Shown in pieces: positions 36,448 through 45,674 of a stretch of 45,674 bases of DNA; position 1 is the stretch's first letter, and the number at the start of each line of letters is the position of its first letter. The position numbers and the translations under genes are program-made. The notes under the pieces were generated by a model. The model saw only the letters and a list, made by a program, of their open reading frames with translations, did no database searches and was not told where the DNA came from. The DNA lies in the sequence record SRR31156797_5180. One strand, given 5' to 3'.

Positions 36448-38370
36448 ATGCAATTCATGAAGCAACTGCAAATCATATTTTTAAGAAAGGGCCTGATAAT
36501 AATTTTGTTTTTCCTTTTGTTGATTGGCTCTTTTACTGTTTCAGGTCAGGTATTAGAGACAAATCTCCCCATTGTGATCATCAACACCAGTGGCCAGGAG
36601 ATCCCCGATGAACCAAAAATTGATGCTGATATGGGCATTATCGACAACGGCCCGGGAGCAATAAATCATCAGAACGATCCCTTTAACGATTATGATGGGT
36701 TTATCGGAATTGAGGTGCGCGGACAATCATCACAATTTTTCTATCCCAAAAAATCCTACAGTTTCGAAACCCGTGACGCGCAAGGTGAAAACCTGAATGT
36801 GCCTATCCTCGGTATGCCCGAGGAAAACGACTGGATTTTGTATGCGCCTTACGGAGATAAATCCATGCTGCGTAATATGATTTCGTTCTGGATTGCCAGG
36901 CATTTGGATGTTTATGCTTCCCGGACTGTGTTTTGCGAAGTAATTCTTAACGGCGAATATATGGGGGTGTATGTGATGATGGAGAAAATTAAAAAGGACG
37001 AGGAACGTGTAAACATTGCAAAACTCACTCCTGACGACAACTACGGAGATGAACTTACCGGAGGCTATATCATTCGTGTGGATAAAACTGATGATTTCCA
37101 GTGGGGAACAGATGGCTGGCAGTCTTTTCCAAACCCGCCATTCCCGAATGCCATGAACATCATTTATCAGTATTACTACCCCAAATCTGATGAAATAACC
37201 AGCTTTCAGAAAGATTACATCCAGGAATATATTGGCGATACAGAAGATGCCCTGATTGCTGAAGATTTTAATGATCCTGATGTTGGTTACAACCTGTATT
37301 TAAATACAGGTTCGTTTGTTGATTTCATGCTTGTGAGCGAGGTATCAAAAGAGGTGGATAAATACCGATACAGCACCTATTTTTATAAAGAAAAGGATAG
37401 TGACGGTGGGAAGCTGTTTGCCGGACCGGCATGGGATTTTAACCTGGGATACGCGAATGTGGATTATTGGCAGATGGGTGTTGATATTCCTGGATGGGTT
37501 TACGATGAAGTTGAACCCGTAGAATGGAGCATCATGTTTTGGTGGAAGCGCCTGATGCAGGATTACTACTTTAGAAACCTGGCAAAAACACGCTGGCAAC
37601 AACTGCGCGAAGATGAGTTAAGCAACGAGCGTTTTCAGTTTGTGATAGATTCGATCGTTACCTACATTGACGAGGCGCAGCAACGCAATTATGAGAAATG
37701 GCCAATCCTGGGTGAATACGTGTGGCCCAACTACGATTGGCAAAATAATACCTATGAAGATGAGGTTGAGTTTTTCGAAAACTGGCTTTTTGAGCGGTTG
37801 GACTGGATGGACTATAACTTGCCCGGAGTGGTACTCGAGCCCTCCGCCGACCTGTCGCTGATCTTCAACAATGATGTGATAGAACTTAAATTGAACAATG
37901 ATTACTTCAGCCGCACGATTCTGAAAAACAAGTATTTTGAGGCGAACGATCCACCGCCGGATTTCGAGATCGATACGGTGGTTTATGTGGATGCATCAAC
38001 AGCATATATTTATTTTGATAATCCGGCCAAAAAGCAGTTTTCCCTCTCCTTAACCATCGATAAAAAGGTGATCAACACCTTTGATGATTTAACTACTTCA
38101 TCAGTAGTTCTGGATCTGGAAGAAAATGATGATCTGAATGAAGAAATCAAAGTTTTCGCAACCCAATCCGGCTTAATGATCAAATGCATAAACCCGGAAA
38201 AGCTTGGTGAGGAATGTTTGATTTTTGATCTGCAGGGCAGGATAGTTGAGCAGCATCGAATGCAGCCAGTAACCGAAAACCTGATCCGGGTTAATCAGCC
38301 TGCCGGGATTTATATCTGTCACATTCATTTTGATGGTACCGCTATTGGCAGGAAGTTACGAGTTTGGTAA
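36448..38370 (+). CDS. CotH kinase family protein with T9SS CTD
   Basis: IEVRGQSS, PKKSYSFE, DWILYAPYGDKSMLRN, YMGVYVMMEKIK, AGPAWDFNLGY, ERLDWMD; tail IFDLQGR...PAGIYI...RKLRVW. Confidence 0.9.
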   Translation: MQFMKQLQIIFLRKGLIIILFFLLLIGSFTVSGQVLETNLPIVIINTSGQEIPDEPKIDADMGIIDNGPGAINHQNDPFNDYDGFIGIEVRGQSSQFFYPKKSYSFETRDAQGENLNVPILGMPEENDWILYAPYGDKSMLRNMISFWIARHLDVYASRTVFCEVILNGEYMGVYVMMEKIKKDEERVNIAKLTPDDNYGDELTGGYIIRVDKTDDFQWGTDGWQSFPNPPFPNAMNIIYQYYYPKSDEITSFQKDYIQEYIGDTEDALIAEDFNDPDVGYNLYLNTGSFVDFMLVSEVSKEVDKYRYSTYFYKEKDSDGGKLFAGPAWDFNLGYANVDYWQMGVDIPGWVYDEVEPVEWSIMFWWKRLMQDYYFRNLAKTRWQQLREDELSNERFQFVIDSIVTYIDEAQQRNYEKWPILGEYVWPNYDWQNNTYEDEVEFFENWLFERLDWMDYNLPGVVLEPSADLSLIFNNDVIELKLNNDYFSRTILKNKYFEANDPPPDFEIDTVVYVDASTAYIYFDNPAKKQFSLSLTIDKKVINTFDDLTTSSVVLDLEENDDLNEEIKVFATQSGLMIKCINPEKLGEECLIFDLQGRIVEQHRMQPVTENLIRVNQPAGIYICHIHFDGTAIGRKLRVW

Positions 38371-38398
38371 TGATGGTTTAAGGTGAATCCAAACCGAT

Positions 38399-39592
38399 TT
38401 AATATAAAAATCCAAGCATCCACAATGGGATCGTTTTTGCTGCCGGAAATTCTATATCATCTTTTACAACGAATGCATTTTCAATTCCTTCAATCTGTTT
38501 CATCCCTTTAGCTTTACCACCTATTTCCAGGATTATTTTTCCATCCAATTCAAAATCTCCGACTTTTGGTATGGTCACGTTATGGTTTACTGCCAGCTGA
38601 CTGACTGAGAAAATTTCGCGAATCGTACCTTTCAGTGGTAATTCTGATGCCAAGGCGAAAGCGAGGTTGGGATTATTGAAAAAGAGTTTTTCGGGTTTTT
38701 GCAAAATTGCAATGCTGCTAACAGAAGGGTAGAGTAGTTTTATTAATCGTGCTTCCTCCAAATACAGAAAGTAATTAACCAAAGAATTCCTGTGAATTTT
38801 GCTTCTTTCTGCCAACTTAATTAGGTTGGGTTTGAAAGGGACCTGTTGGGCAATCAGATATAAAAGCTGTAACATTTTTTTTGCATTCCGAATATCAAAG
38901 CCTTTAACTTCTGCCATGTCATATTCCACTACTAAACGAACAAGTTGTTTAAGCCGGTGGTGATATCCCTCCGCATCATCCATGAAAAAGGGGTAATATC
39001 CGATTTTTAGATAATCATGAAATAGTTCCAAAGGGCGAAAATCCTTTGGGAAATTATGCAGATACTTGTGGTTCGGATCAATTAAATTTTCCAATGTCAA
39101 TACCGATAGGCCTGTCATTCCTTTTATTTCAAGAAATTCACGATATGATAATCCAGGAAGCTCTTACATAAGTGCTCTTCTGCTCAGATCCCCGTCCTGA
39201 CGTGATATATCAATAATGGATGAACCTGTGAAAATCACTTTTAATTTCGGGTACCGATCATATAATATTTTTATTTCCTTCGATCACTGTGGGTATTTGT
39301 GCACTTCATCAAGCACCAAAATTTGCCCACCCTGTTGGTAAAAAGCCTTTGCTGAATCAACCAGGGTATTGGAAAGAAAATACAGTTCATCCATGGAAAA
39401 ATATGCGGCTTTCGCTGTCGGTAGTGCCTTTTCTTTAAGCCATTGCAACACCATTGTTGTTTTGCCTGTACCCCGTGCTCCTTTAATACCAATCAGGCGG
39501 TTATCCCAGTCTATCCGCTTAAAAAGGTATCTTTTAAAATTGGTTGGTGCTTCGCTTATTTGCCTTTCAGAATTGTTAAGTAGTTCTTCCAT
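38399..39592 (-). pseudogene. AAA_14/DUF4143-type ATPase interrupted by two in-frame stops
   Basis: One frame reads GARGTGKTT...LDEVHKYPQ*SKEIKIIYDRYPKLKVIFTGSS...DLSRRALM*ELPGLSYREFL...GYYPF...EIGGK...IPLWMLGFLY. TGA at 39284-39286 and TAA at 39164-39166. Confidence 0.9.
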
Positions 39593-39643
39593 TGCACATG
39601 CGATTGTGCAAAAAAAATAATAAAATGCACATCCGGATGTGCA
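39593..39643. promoter_or_regulatory. Pair of 18-bp palindromic operator-like sites (TGCACA-N6-TGTGCA)
   Basis: tgcacatgcgattgtgca at 39593-39610 and perfect palindrome tgcacatccggatgtgca at 39626-39643, abutting the ATPase start. Confidence 0.6.
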
Positions 39644-39794
39644 AAAAGTGATTTAGTATAAAAATCCAAACAACCACAAAGGAATGGTGTTGCAAGGCTG
39701 TTTTCGAGCCTGATAAAATTGAAAGGGATTACATAATATAACTGTAAAACGTGTATTGGGTTGCAAAAAATCAAGTGTTGATTAACTTTTTGCA

Positions 39795-41108
39795 TCATCC
39801 TACCAACCCCCTCACTGATTTCGAAATGGCCAGCTCACCATGTTGCACATATGCCTCGTGATTTTTCTCGATTTGTTTTAAATTGTACAGGTAATTTACC
39901 ATAAGCCCAAAAGATCTTTCCAAACCATATTTTGAAGTATTCGCCATCCAGTTTATTCTGTATAGCTGAGCTCCGTTCCCAAAATGGAATCGTGCAACTG
40001 CATCCAGTGGCTTGGCATACTTTTTTTCCTTTACAAGATAATGGGCACAAAAGCGAAGTAATGTTTTTTTAAGTTTTTGACTTTTTTCTTCATCGTTGGG
40101 CCAGGAATTATCCTTGAGAATGGAAAGAATTTCCCGGTCTTTTACTGTAAACGTGTTACTTTTTTCATGCTCCAATTCCTGATTGAGCCAATCTGCAAAA
40201 CCGGGAACCGGCGAGAGGGTACTAAAGGTCCTGATTTCCGGGAGTTCTGCTGCCAAATCATTCACCACCATTTTTATGAGAAAATTTCCAAGTGGTATCT
40301 TGCGAAGCCCTTTCTGGCAGTTGTTTATCGAGTAAAATATGGCCGTGTCAAAGTCTTTATCGTTGCCGGACTTTTCGTTGATAATAGACTGGATAGAACT
40401 GGAAATGCCTTTGGTGAGTGCAATTTCAACAAAAATCAACGGTTCATCCTCCAATGATGGATGGAAGTAGGCAAAACAACGGCGATTCGGAGCAAGCCGT
40501 TTTTTAAGGTCATTCCAGTTTCCGATATCATGAACTGTTTCATACCTGATGATTTTTTCGAGGATGGAGGCTTCAGTGTCCCAATCAATTTTTTTCAGTA
40601 TCAAAAATCCGGGATTGAACCATGAAGTAAGCAGGTCTCGAAGGTCATCATCCACTGGTTTCAATTCGGGATGTGTTTTGAGGAAATTCAACAAATCTTC
40701 ACGCATCGATACAATGGCCTGTGTTCCGCCAGGTGCCATGATCATTCGGTTGAACAGTTTCTTTCGAGCCGATGCCGTAGATTCAGAAAGCTCGCCAAGC
40801 AGCTTTTCGTTTGGGGATTTGGTGAATTTTTGAGCAACTGTTTTTACGGTTTCCAGGTTGGGGCCCATGGTTTTGTTGAGCCTGAGCATAAAATCCAGTT
40901 TTTCTTCACTGTTCAGGTTATTATATCGGTTAACAAGCTGTCTTGCCAGTGCCAGGCCCGATGCCACCCCTTTGTGCGATACCATGTCATGACAAAGGGC
41001 CAACAGATTTTGAGTGGAAGTACCTCGTATTCTCCGCAGGTCAAGGTATTTTTCGCCGGCATCGGCAATCGAATCCAAAAGGTTTTTTGCGAAACGTCCA
41101 ATATTCAT
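39795..41108 (-). CDS. Malonyl-CoA decarboxylase
   Basis: WFNPGFL, LEKIIRYETVH, RRCFAYFHP...EPLIFVEIAL, AIFYSINNCQKGL, LGNFLIK, TLSPVPGF, DAVARFHFGNGA, GLMVNYLY. Confidence 0.93.
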   Translation of the reverse strand: MNIGRFAKNLLDSIADAGEKYLDLRRIRGTSTQNLLALCHDMVSHKGVASGLALARQLVNRYNNLNSEEKLDFMLRLNKTMGPNLETVKTVAQKFTKSPNEKLLGELSESTASARKKLFNRMIMAPGGTQAIVSMREDLLNFLKTHPELKPVDDDLRDLLTSWFNPGFLILKKIDWDTEASILEKIIRYETVHDIGNWNDLKKRLAPNRRCFAYFHPSLEDEPLIFVEIALTKGISSSIQSIINEKSGNDKDFDTAIFYSINNCQKGLRKIPLGNFLIKMVVNDLAAELPEIRTFSTLSPVPGFADWLNQELEHEKSNTFTVKDREILSILKDNSWPNDEEKSQKLKKTLLRFCAHYLVKEKKYAKPLDAVARFHFGNGAQLYRINWMANTSKYGLERSFGLMVNYLYNLKQIEKNHEAYVQHGELAISKSVRGLVG

Positions 41109-41165
41109 AGATTGTTCAGGGTTTCAGTTTAGCTTTTTACAGGCTGTAAGATACGAAATGTTTAC

Positions 41166-41173
41166 CAAAATTA
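41166..41173 (-). promoter_or_regulatory. Bacteroidota -7 box
   Basis: TAATTTTG on the minus strand, 57 nt before the decarboxylase start. Confidence 0.45.
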
Positions 41174-41255
41174 CAAAACGAAATTATCGGGCTTAATATA
41201 GCATAAACCGGGCAAATTTGTATTTTCGCGTGGCAAATAAATAATCTTCCACAAT

Positions 41256-41591
41256 ATGAACCTGAAGGAAATTAAAAATGATAAGGCTGTGATCATCGAG
41301 ATTGATGGCCGGTTGGATACAACCAATTTTAGCATGTTGGAGCACGAAGTCAACAAACATATCGATAATGGGAAGACCAAATATGTGATTGATTGCAGCA
41401 GTATGGATTACGTGAGTAGTTCAGGACTGCGTGTATTCCTTATGGCGCTGAAAAAGGTTAAAGCACTCGATGGAAAGTTTCTGCTGTGTGGCCTGCAGGA
41501 GAATATCCTGGAAATATTTGAGATTTCAGGGTTTACTACGATTTTTAATATTTACAAAAACCAGGAAGAAGCCGTTGAAGCCCTGGATTAA
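41256..41591 (+). CDS. STAS-domain anti-sigma-factor antagonist (RsbV/SpoIIAA)
   Basis: GRLD, MDYVSSSGLRVFL (phospho-Ser motif), IFEISGF. Confidence 0.92.
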   Translation: MNLKEIKNDKAVIIEIDGRLDTTNFSMLEHEVNKHIDNGKTKYVIDCSSMDYVSSSGLRVFLMALKKVKALDGKFLLCGLQENILEIFEISGFTTIFNIYKNQEEAVEALD

Positions 41592-41995
41592 TCCACATAG
41601 TTTTTGCGAATTTCCATAAGCTGGTAATACATCTGGCGGGAGTGTCTTTTAAAGGATTCGAATTTCGCCATCAACTTTTCCGCCAGTTCATTTTGATCCT
41701 CTTCACTCATCTCATCAATTTTATTGTCGTCGAGTATTTTATGAGATTCTTCCAGGATTTCGTTGATCTCCTCGTAAGCCGTACATTCTGTTTCAAAATT
41801 TGCAATTACCCCTTTAAAAGCGTGTGTGCTTTTCTTTAATTCCTCAAAATTTTTAGTCTTCAACTGCCTGGTAATCTTTTCGATACGTTCGTCGTATTCT
41901 TCAATAAAAATATCGATGATCTCTACTACTGTTTCACGATCGAAATGAACATACGTTTCAGCGAATTTTACCTCATTTATCATATCATCCCACAT
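41588..41995 (-). CDS. Stand-alone Hpt (histidine phosphotransfer)-like protein
   Basis: EIIDIFIEE...ELKKSTHAFKGVIANF matches the Hpt HxLKG helix; acidic and all-helical. Confidence 0.72.
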   Translation of the reverse strand: MWDDMINEVKFAETYVHFDRETVVEIIDIFIEEYDERIEKITRQLKTKNFEELKKSTHAFKGVIANFETECTAYEEINEILEESHKILDDNKIDEMSEEDQNELAEKLMAKFESFKRHSRQMYYQLMEIRKNYVD

Positions 41996-42002
41996 TTTGG
42001 CG

Positions 42003-42010
42003 CAAAGATA
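42003..42010 (-). promoter_or_regulatory. Bacteroidota -7 box, very close to the Hpt start
   Basis: TATCTTTG-CGCCAAA-ATG. Confidence 0.6.
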
Positions 42011-42053
42011 ATTGATTTGAATTACTGCGTTACACCCAATGGTTTTAACTGTA

Positions 42054-42623
42054 TTATAGGGGTTTCCAGTTAAAACTGAGGCTGGTCGTTATGCCATAAC
42101 GTGCAGCACTGCCAGCTTTAAGCTCAATCACGTACTTGGCCTTGTCGCCTGAAGGTATGGTTTGTTGAGAGTAAGGTGGTGTGTTTTCGTGAATGCTCAC
42201 GATATTGAAATCTTCATCAGCATAAATGATATCAAGCGATGAGGGTGTATTTTTCATCCAAAAAAAACGATGGTCCTCCTTAGGGAAAATAAATAGCATG
42301 CCTACGGTATCGGGGATATAGTGCCTGTACATCATGCCCTTTTCACGGGTGTAAGGGTCATCGGCAACTTCAATGTAAAAATCGGCAACAACATTTTCCG
42401 CCTGATCCACAAATTGTAGTTTACCTTCAATGGTAAACGCCTGCTTTTGTGTAGCATTGGATTTTGGAATGGGCGGTTTTGCCTCATCACCCCACATCGA
42501 CCGGTTACTAATGATGTAAACAAAAATGAAGATCAGGATAACGACAATTGAAAAAATACCAATCCAGTTTGGCCCGGATTGTTTGTTTTTGCGAACAGGC
42601 TTCTTGCCTTTTTTAGTTGTCAT
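42054..42623 (-). CDS. DUF192 family protein with N-terminal TM anchor
   Basis: IEVAD...REKGMMYR, GMLFIF, FWMKNT..SLDIIY, YVIELKAG. Confidence 0.9.
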   Translation of the reverse strand: MTTKKGKKPVRKNKQSGPNWIGIFSIVVILIFIFVYIISNRSMWGDEAKPPIPKSNATQKQAFTIEGKLQFVDQAENVVADFYIEVADDPYTREKGMMYRHYIPDTVGMLFIFPKEDHRFFWMKNTPSSLDIIYADEDFNIVSIHENTPPYSQQTIPSGDKAKYVIELKAGSAARYGITTSLSFNWKPL

Positions 42624-43468
42624 GATTTGCTTTTGAGTTGATGTTTAATGCTTAACGAAGTTTTTATGGCCTTGATTATCCGGGCAAACACAAATAACAA
42701 CACCAACAGGAAAATAATGGCAGCACCCGAGGGGATATCGAAAAAATAGGATGACAGTAAGCCTGCAAAGCTTCCAATCATCCCTGTAAAGATGGAGATT
42801 ATGATAATATTTTTGAAATTGTTGGTAAAAACTCCGGCTATGGTTTGTGGAATTGTGAGCAACGAAAGAACGAGAATAATGCCTGCAACTCTTATGTTGA
42901 GTACAATGGTGATGGCAACAAGAGTAATCATGAGGTAGTTTATTGATTTTACCGGTAATTTGATTGCGCGGGCATACTCCTCATCGAAGGCCACAAAAAG
43001 AATGGCTTTGAAAATCAAACTGAAAATAAGAATCAACAATATTGCCAGCACCCATAACATTTGCAGGTTCAGGCTTGATACGGTAAGTATATTGCCAAAC
43101 AAAAAACTCATTAGGTTGGCTGAGTATCCTGGTGTGAGAAAAACAAAAATGATCCCAACCGCCATCCCGAGCGACCATAAAATAGCGATGACCGAATCTT
43201 CCCTTACATCTGTTTTTTTCGACATATACTCAATACCGAGTGCCGATAAAATCCCAAAAAACATGGCGCCAACTATCGGATTGAATCCAAAAAAATAGCC
43301 AATACCAATCCCGCCAAAAGAAGCATGTGTTATCCCTCCACTGATAAAAACAATACGCTTTGCAACAATGTAGGAGCCAATGATACCGCATGAAATGCTG
43401 GCCAGGACAGCCGCTAAAACAGCGTTGAGGAAAAAGTGGTAATTAAGGAGTTCGAGCAATTCGTGCAT
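42620..43468 (-). CDS. znuB: Zn/Mn ABC transporter permease
   Basis: GGITHASFGGIG, FLFGNIL, FDEEYA, VAGIILVLSLLTIP, PSGAAI. Confidence 0.9.
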   Translation of the reverse strand: MHELLELLNYHFFLNAVLAAVLASISCGIIGSYIVAKRIVFISGGITHASFGGIGIGYFFGFNPIVGAMFFGILSALGIEYMSKKTDVREDSVIAILWSLGMAVGIIFVFLTPGYSANLMSFLFGNILTVSSLNLQMLWVLAILLILIFSLIFKAILFVAFDEEYARAIKLPVKSINYLMITLVAITIVLNIRVAGIILVLSLLTIPQTIAGVFTNNFKNIIIISIFTGMIGSFAGLLSSYFFDIPSGAAIIFLLVLLFVFARIIKAIKTSLSIKHQLKSKS

Positions 43469-43570
43469 GGATAGTTGTGGTTTTATTATTGAGACGCGTT
43501 TTATCGCTTCTGTGCTAGTACAATCATTATCTTTTCACCTATCAGAAAGTTATTTTTTATGCCAATAATT

Positions 43571-44332
43571 TCAGTGTTCATGATCATGTTGATGTAGGAT
43601 GGTATGTGGCACGTCGCCGTGAGCAATGATCTGGATCGGGCAGTTGTAGGCGGCAAGCTGCTGTTCTGTAATTTTATTGGACGCATGGTAGTGTAACTCG
43701 CGATTTACGCAGGCAATGGTTTTTACGTAATAGGTTATGGTGCCTACGTCGTGCGAAACGATCATTATGGCCATTTTTTTATTCAGTTCCCTGAGTGTGT
43801 TGTAAAGGTCACTTTCAAATTTGTTATCCACAAATGTGTTGGGTTCATCAAGGATCAGTATTGTTGGATCGGAGATTATGGATCGGCACAAAAACACACG
43901 CTGCATCTGTCCGCCGGAAAGCTCCCCGATGTTTTTCTTTGCGAGGTGAGTTATTACCATCTGGTTGAGTAATTCACGTGCCTTACTGATATCCTGTTTC
44001 GAGAACCGCTTGAAAATATTGCGCGAACCCGCTAGTCCCGAAAGCACGACATCAAGCACGGTGATCGGAAATTTTCGGTCAGTCCTGTTTATCTGTGGTA
44101 GATAACCAATCGAATTATTCCCGTTTTCGCCATGTGCATCATGGATCAATACCTGCCCCGTCATGGGTTTGAGTAGTCCGAGAATTACTTTAACCAGCGT
44201 AGTTTTACCGCCGCCGTTTGGCCCGATCACGCCAATAAAATCCTTTTGATTAATGGCAAGGTTCACATTTTTCAGGACCACTTCATCTCCATACCCGGCC
44301 GTAATGCTTTTTAGCTCAACGATTGGGGCCAT
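43571..44332 (-). CDS. znuC: Zn/Mn ABC transporter ATP-binding protein
   Basis: GPNGGGKTT, IGYLPQ, LSGGQMQR, ILDEP, VSHD, His-rich tail. Confidence 0.92.
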   Translation of the reverse strand: MAPIVELKSITAGYGDEVVLKNVNLAINQKDFIGVIGPNGGGKTTLVKVILGLLKPMTGQVLIHDAHGENGNNSIGYLPQINRTDRKFPITVLDVVLSGLAGSRNIFKRFSKQDISKARELLNQMVITHLAKKNIGELSGGQMQRVFLCRSIISDPTILILDEPNTFVDNKFESDLYNTLRELNKKMAIMIVSHDVGTITYYVKTIACVNRELHYHASNKITEQQLAAYNCPIQIIAHGDVPHTILHQHDHEH

Positions 44333-44337
44333 GTGTT

Positions 44338-45531
44338 TTATCTTTCATTTATTGATGTGTCATTAATTTTTTGAGCCATATCCAGGAGGTTTGTTGCCCA
44401 ATCTTTCGACAGTGGGTCAATCTGAATAACCGTACCATCAATCTCATTGGCAATGATCCTGGCATTCTCCATGTCAAATTCTTTTTGGATGAGGATAGTT
44501 TTAATGCCTTCATTCAGGGCCAAATCGATGGATGCCCTGAGTTTAGATGGTGATGGTTCCTTGCCTTCAAATTCGATGGATATTTGTTCAAGGCCATAAT
44601 CCCTCGCAAAATAGGAAAGCGAAGGGTGGAAAATCATAAAAGTGTTGGTCGGTAAGGCTTCCAGTTCTTTTTTGATTTGGGTATCCAACACATTTATCTC
44701 ATCGATAAGTTGTAGATAATTCCTTTCGAAGGTTGTTTTAGAGTCCGGATACGCTGTAGCAATGGCGTTTAAAATGTGTTTTGCAATTATTTTTCCATTG
44801 GTGGTTGATAGCCAGGTATGTGGATCTGTGCCATGGTCGTGATGTTCGTGATTAGGGTCGGCGCATTCATGGCCGTTTAAAAGATCGATGCCCTGGTTTA
44901 AATTAACAAGCTCCAGGTTTGGATAGGACGTTTTTAGTTTGGTGAGCCAGGATTGTTCAAAACTGAGATTTCCGTTATAAAAATAGATATCAACCTTGCT
45001 GATATCAGCCATCTGGCGCGGTGTGGGATCATAAACATGAGGTGTGGTGCCGGGAGGTATTAACACCATGGGTTGGATTGTTTCTCCGGAAATTTTTTGA
45101 ATAAAATAGGCATAAGGTTGTATGCTCACCAAAACGGTATTCCCAGAATTTGCCTGTTCGGTTGTTGCATTTTTGCATGAAAACACCAAAACCATCGCTG
45201 GGATAAGTATCAATGTCATGACTTTGGATTTAAGTAGATCGTAATATTTCACGCCCTTTTTTTGCTTTTTACTGAGGTTAACTTTTTTGATCATGAATTT
45301 CGGGACAGGGTCAAAACCTTCCGTTCCCCATGGATGGCATCTCGAGATACGGTTAGCTGCAAGAGCTCCGCCAAGTATGGGCCCGTGTTCCTGAAGCGCC
45401 TGAACGGTGTATTCCGAACAAGTTGGTACATGCCTGCAGGATGCTGGTGTGAAAGGAGATATCGCATACTGGTATATCCTCACCGGAACAATCATTAATC
45501 TGCTTAATGTTTTATTTAATATCCCTGCCAC
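44338..45531 (-). CDS. In-frame fusion of YidD and a ZnuA-like metal-binding lipoprotein
   Basis: aa 1-77 are YidD (YQYAISP...[10 protein letters not shown]...[15 protein letters not shown]). After a lipobox VFSC (Cys119) comes ZnuA ([45 protein letters not shown]). No stop between them. Confidence 0.88.
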   Translation of the reverse strand: MAGILNKTLSRLMIVPVRIYQYAISPFTPASCRHVPTCSEYTVQALQEHGPILGGALAANRISRCHPWGTEGFDPVPKFMIKKVNLSKKQKKGVKYYDLLKSKVMTLILIPAMVLVFSCKNATTEQANSGNTVLVSIQPYAYFIQKISGETIQPMVLIPPGTTPHVYDPTPRQMADISKVDIYFYNGNLSFEQSWLTKLKTSYPNLELVNLNQGIDLLNGHECADPNHEHHDHGTDPHTWLSTTNGKIIAKHILNAIATAYPDSKTTFERNYLQLIDEINVLDTQIKKELEALPTNTFMIFHPSLSYFARDYGLEQISIEFEGKEPSPSKLRASIDLALNEGIKTILIQKEFDMENARIIANEIDGTVIQIDPLSKDWATNLLDMAQKINDTSINER

Positions 45532-45542
45532 GGCCTGAGGTG

Positions 45543-45674
45543 GTTATTCGTTAATCGTTAATAGTTATCTGTTAATTGTTATTCAATCCATCGCCAGAGC
45601 TACGGAGGATGAAAAAGTATTGAATATTTAAACTCCACCTACATTCTAAATTCGTAACTCTAAATTCGTAACTC
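45543..45674. repeat. Heptamer tandem repeats
   Basis: Six GTTAnnn units at 45543-45584; (tctaaat tcgtaac)x2 from 45645 running off the window end. Confidence 0.8.

Noticed and set aside
39284-39286. TGA recoding (Trp or selenocysteine) in the ATPase
   Set aside because: A second in-frame TAA also breaks the gene, the position is not a Cys site, and intact genes here (btuG, znuC, gene ending 12693) use TGA as stop.
1-45674. Prophage, IS, integrase, tRNA or rRNA genes
   Set aside because: No transposase, recombinase, phage structural or structural-RNA signatures were seen, so any island boundaries cannot be defined from this window.

Overview
Gene-dense chromosomal segment from a Bacteroidota bacterium, probably an environmental Bacteroidales lineage. 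This rests on TAnnTTTG promoter boxes, about six type IX secretion (T9SS) C-terminal domains and a murF-alr fusion. Contents in order: T9SS cargo genes including a C10 peptidase; pdxA and murF-alr; outer-membrane barrels; a signalling cluster (NMT1/THI5-type binding protein, Cache-HAMP-PP2C phosphatase, RsbW-like kinase, stand-alone class III cyclase, DUF5995); a cobalamin-riboswitch operon (two T9SS cargo genes, btuB, btuG); a poly-gamma-glutamate-type operon (atypical C25 gingipain-like protein, pgsB, pgsC, pgsW, basic secreted protein, beta-barrel, LVIVD lipoprotein); CotH kinase; an AAA-ATPase pseudogene with two nonsense codons; malonyl-CoA decarboxylase; STAS and Hpt proteins; and a Zn/Mn ABC operon whose binding protein is fused in frame to YidD. 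The best candidate for an undescribed system is the diderm pgsBCW locus, which lacks capA/capD here and instead carries a possible outer-membrane export and anchoring module. Other candidates are the T9SS-secreted B12-regulated proteins, the YidD-ZnuA fusion and a structured REP-like array with 80-bp periodicity. All family calls come from reading motifs by eye; no searches were run.
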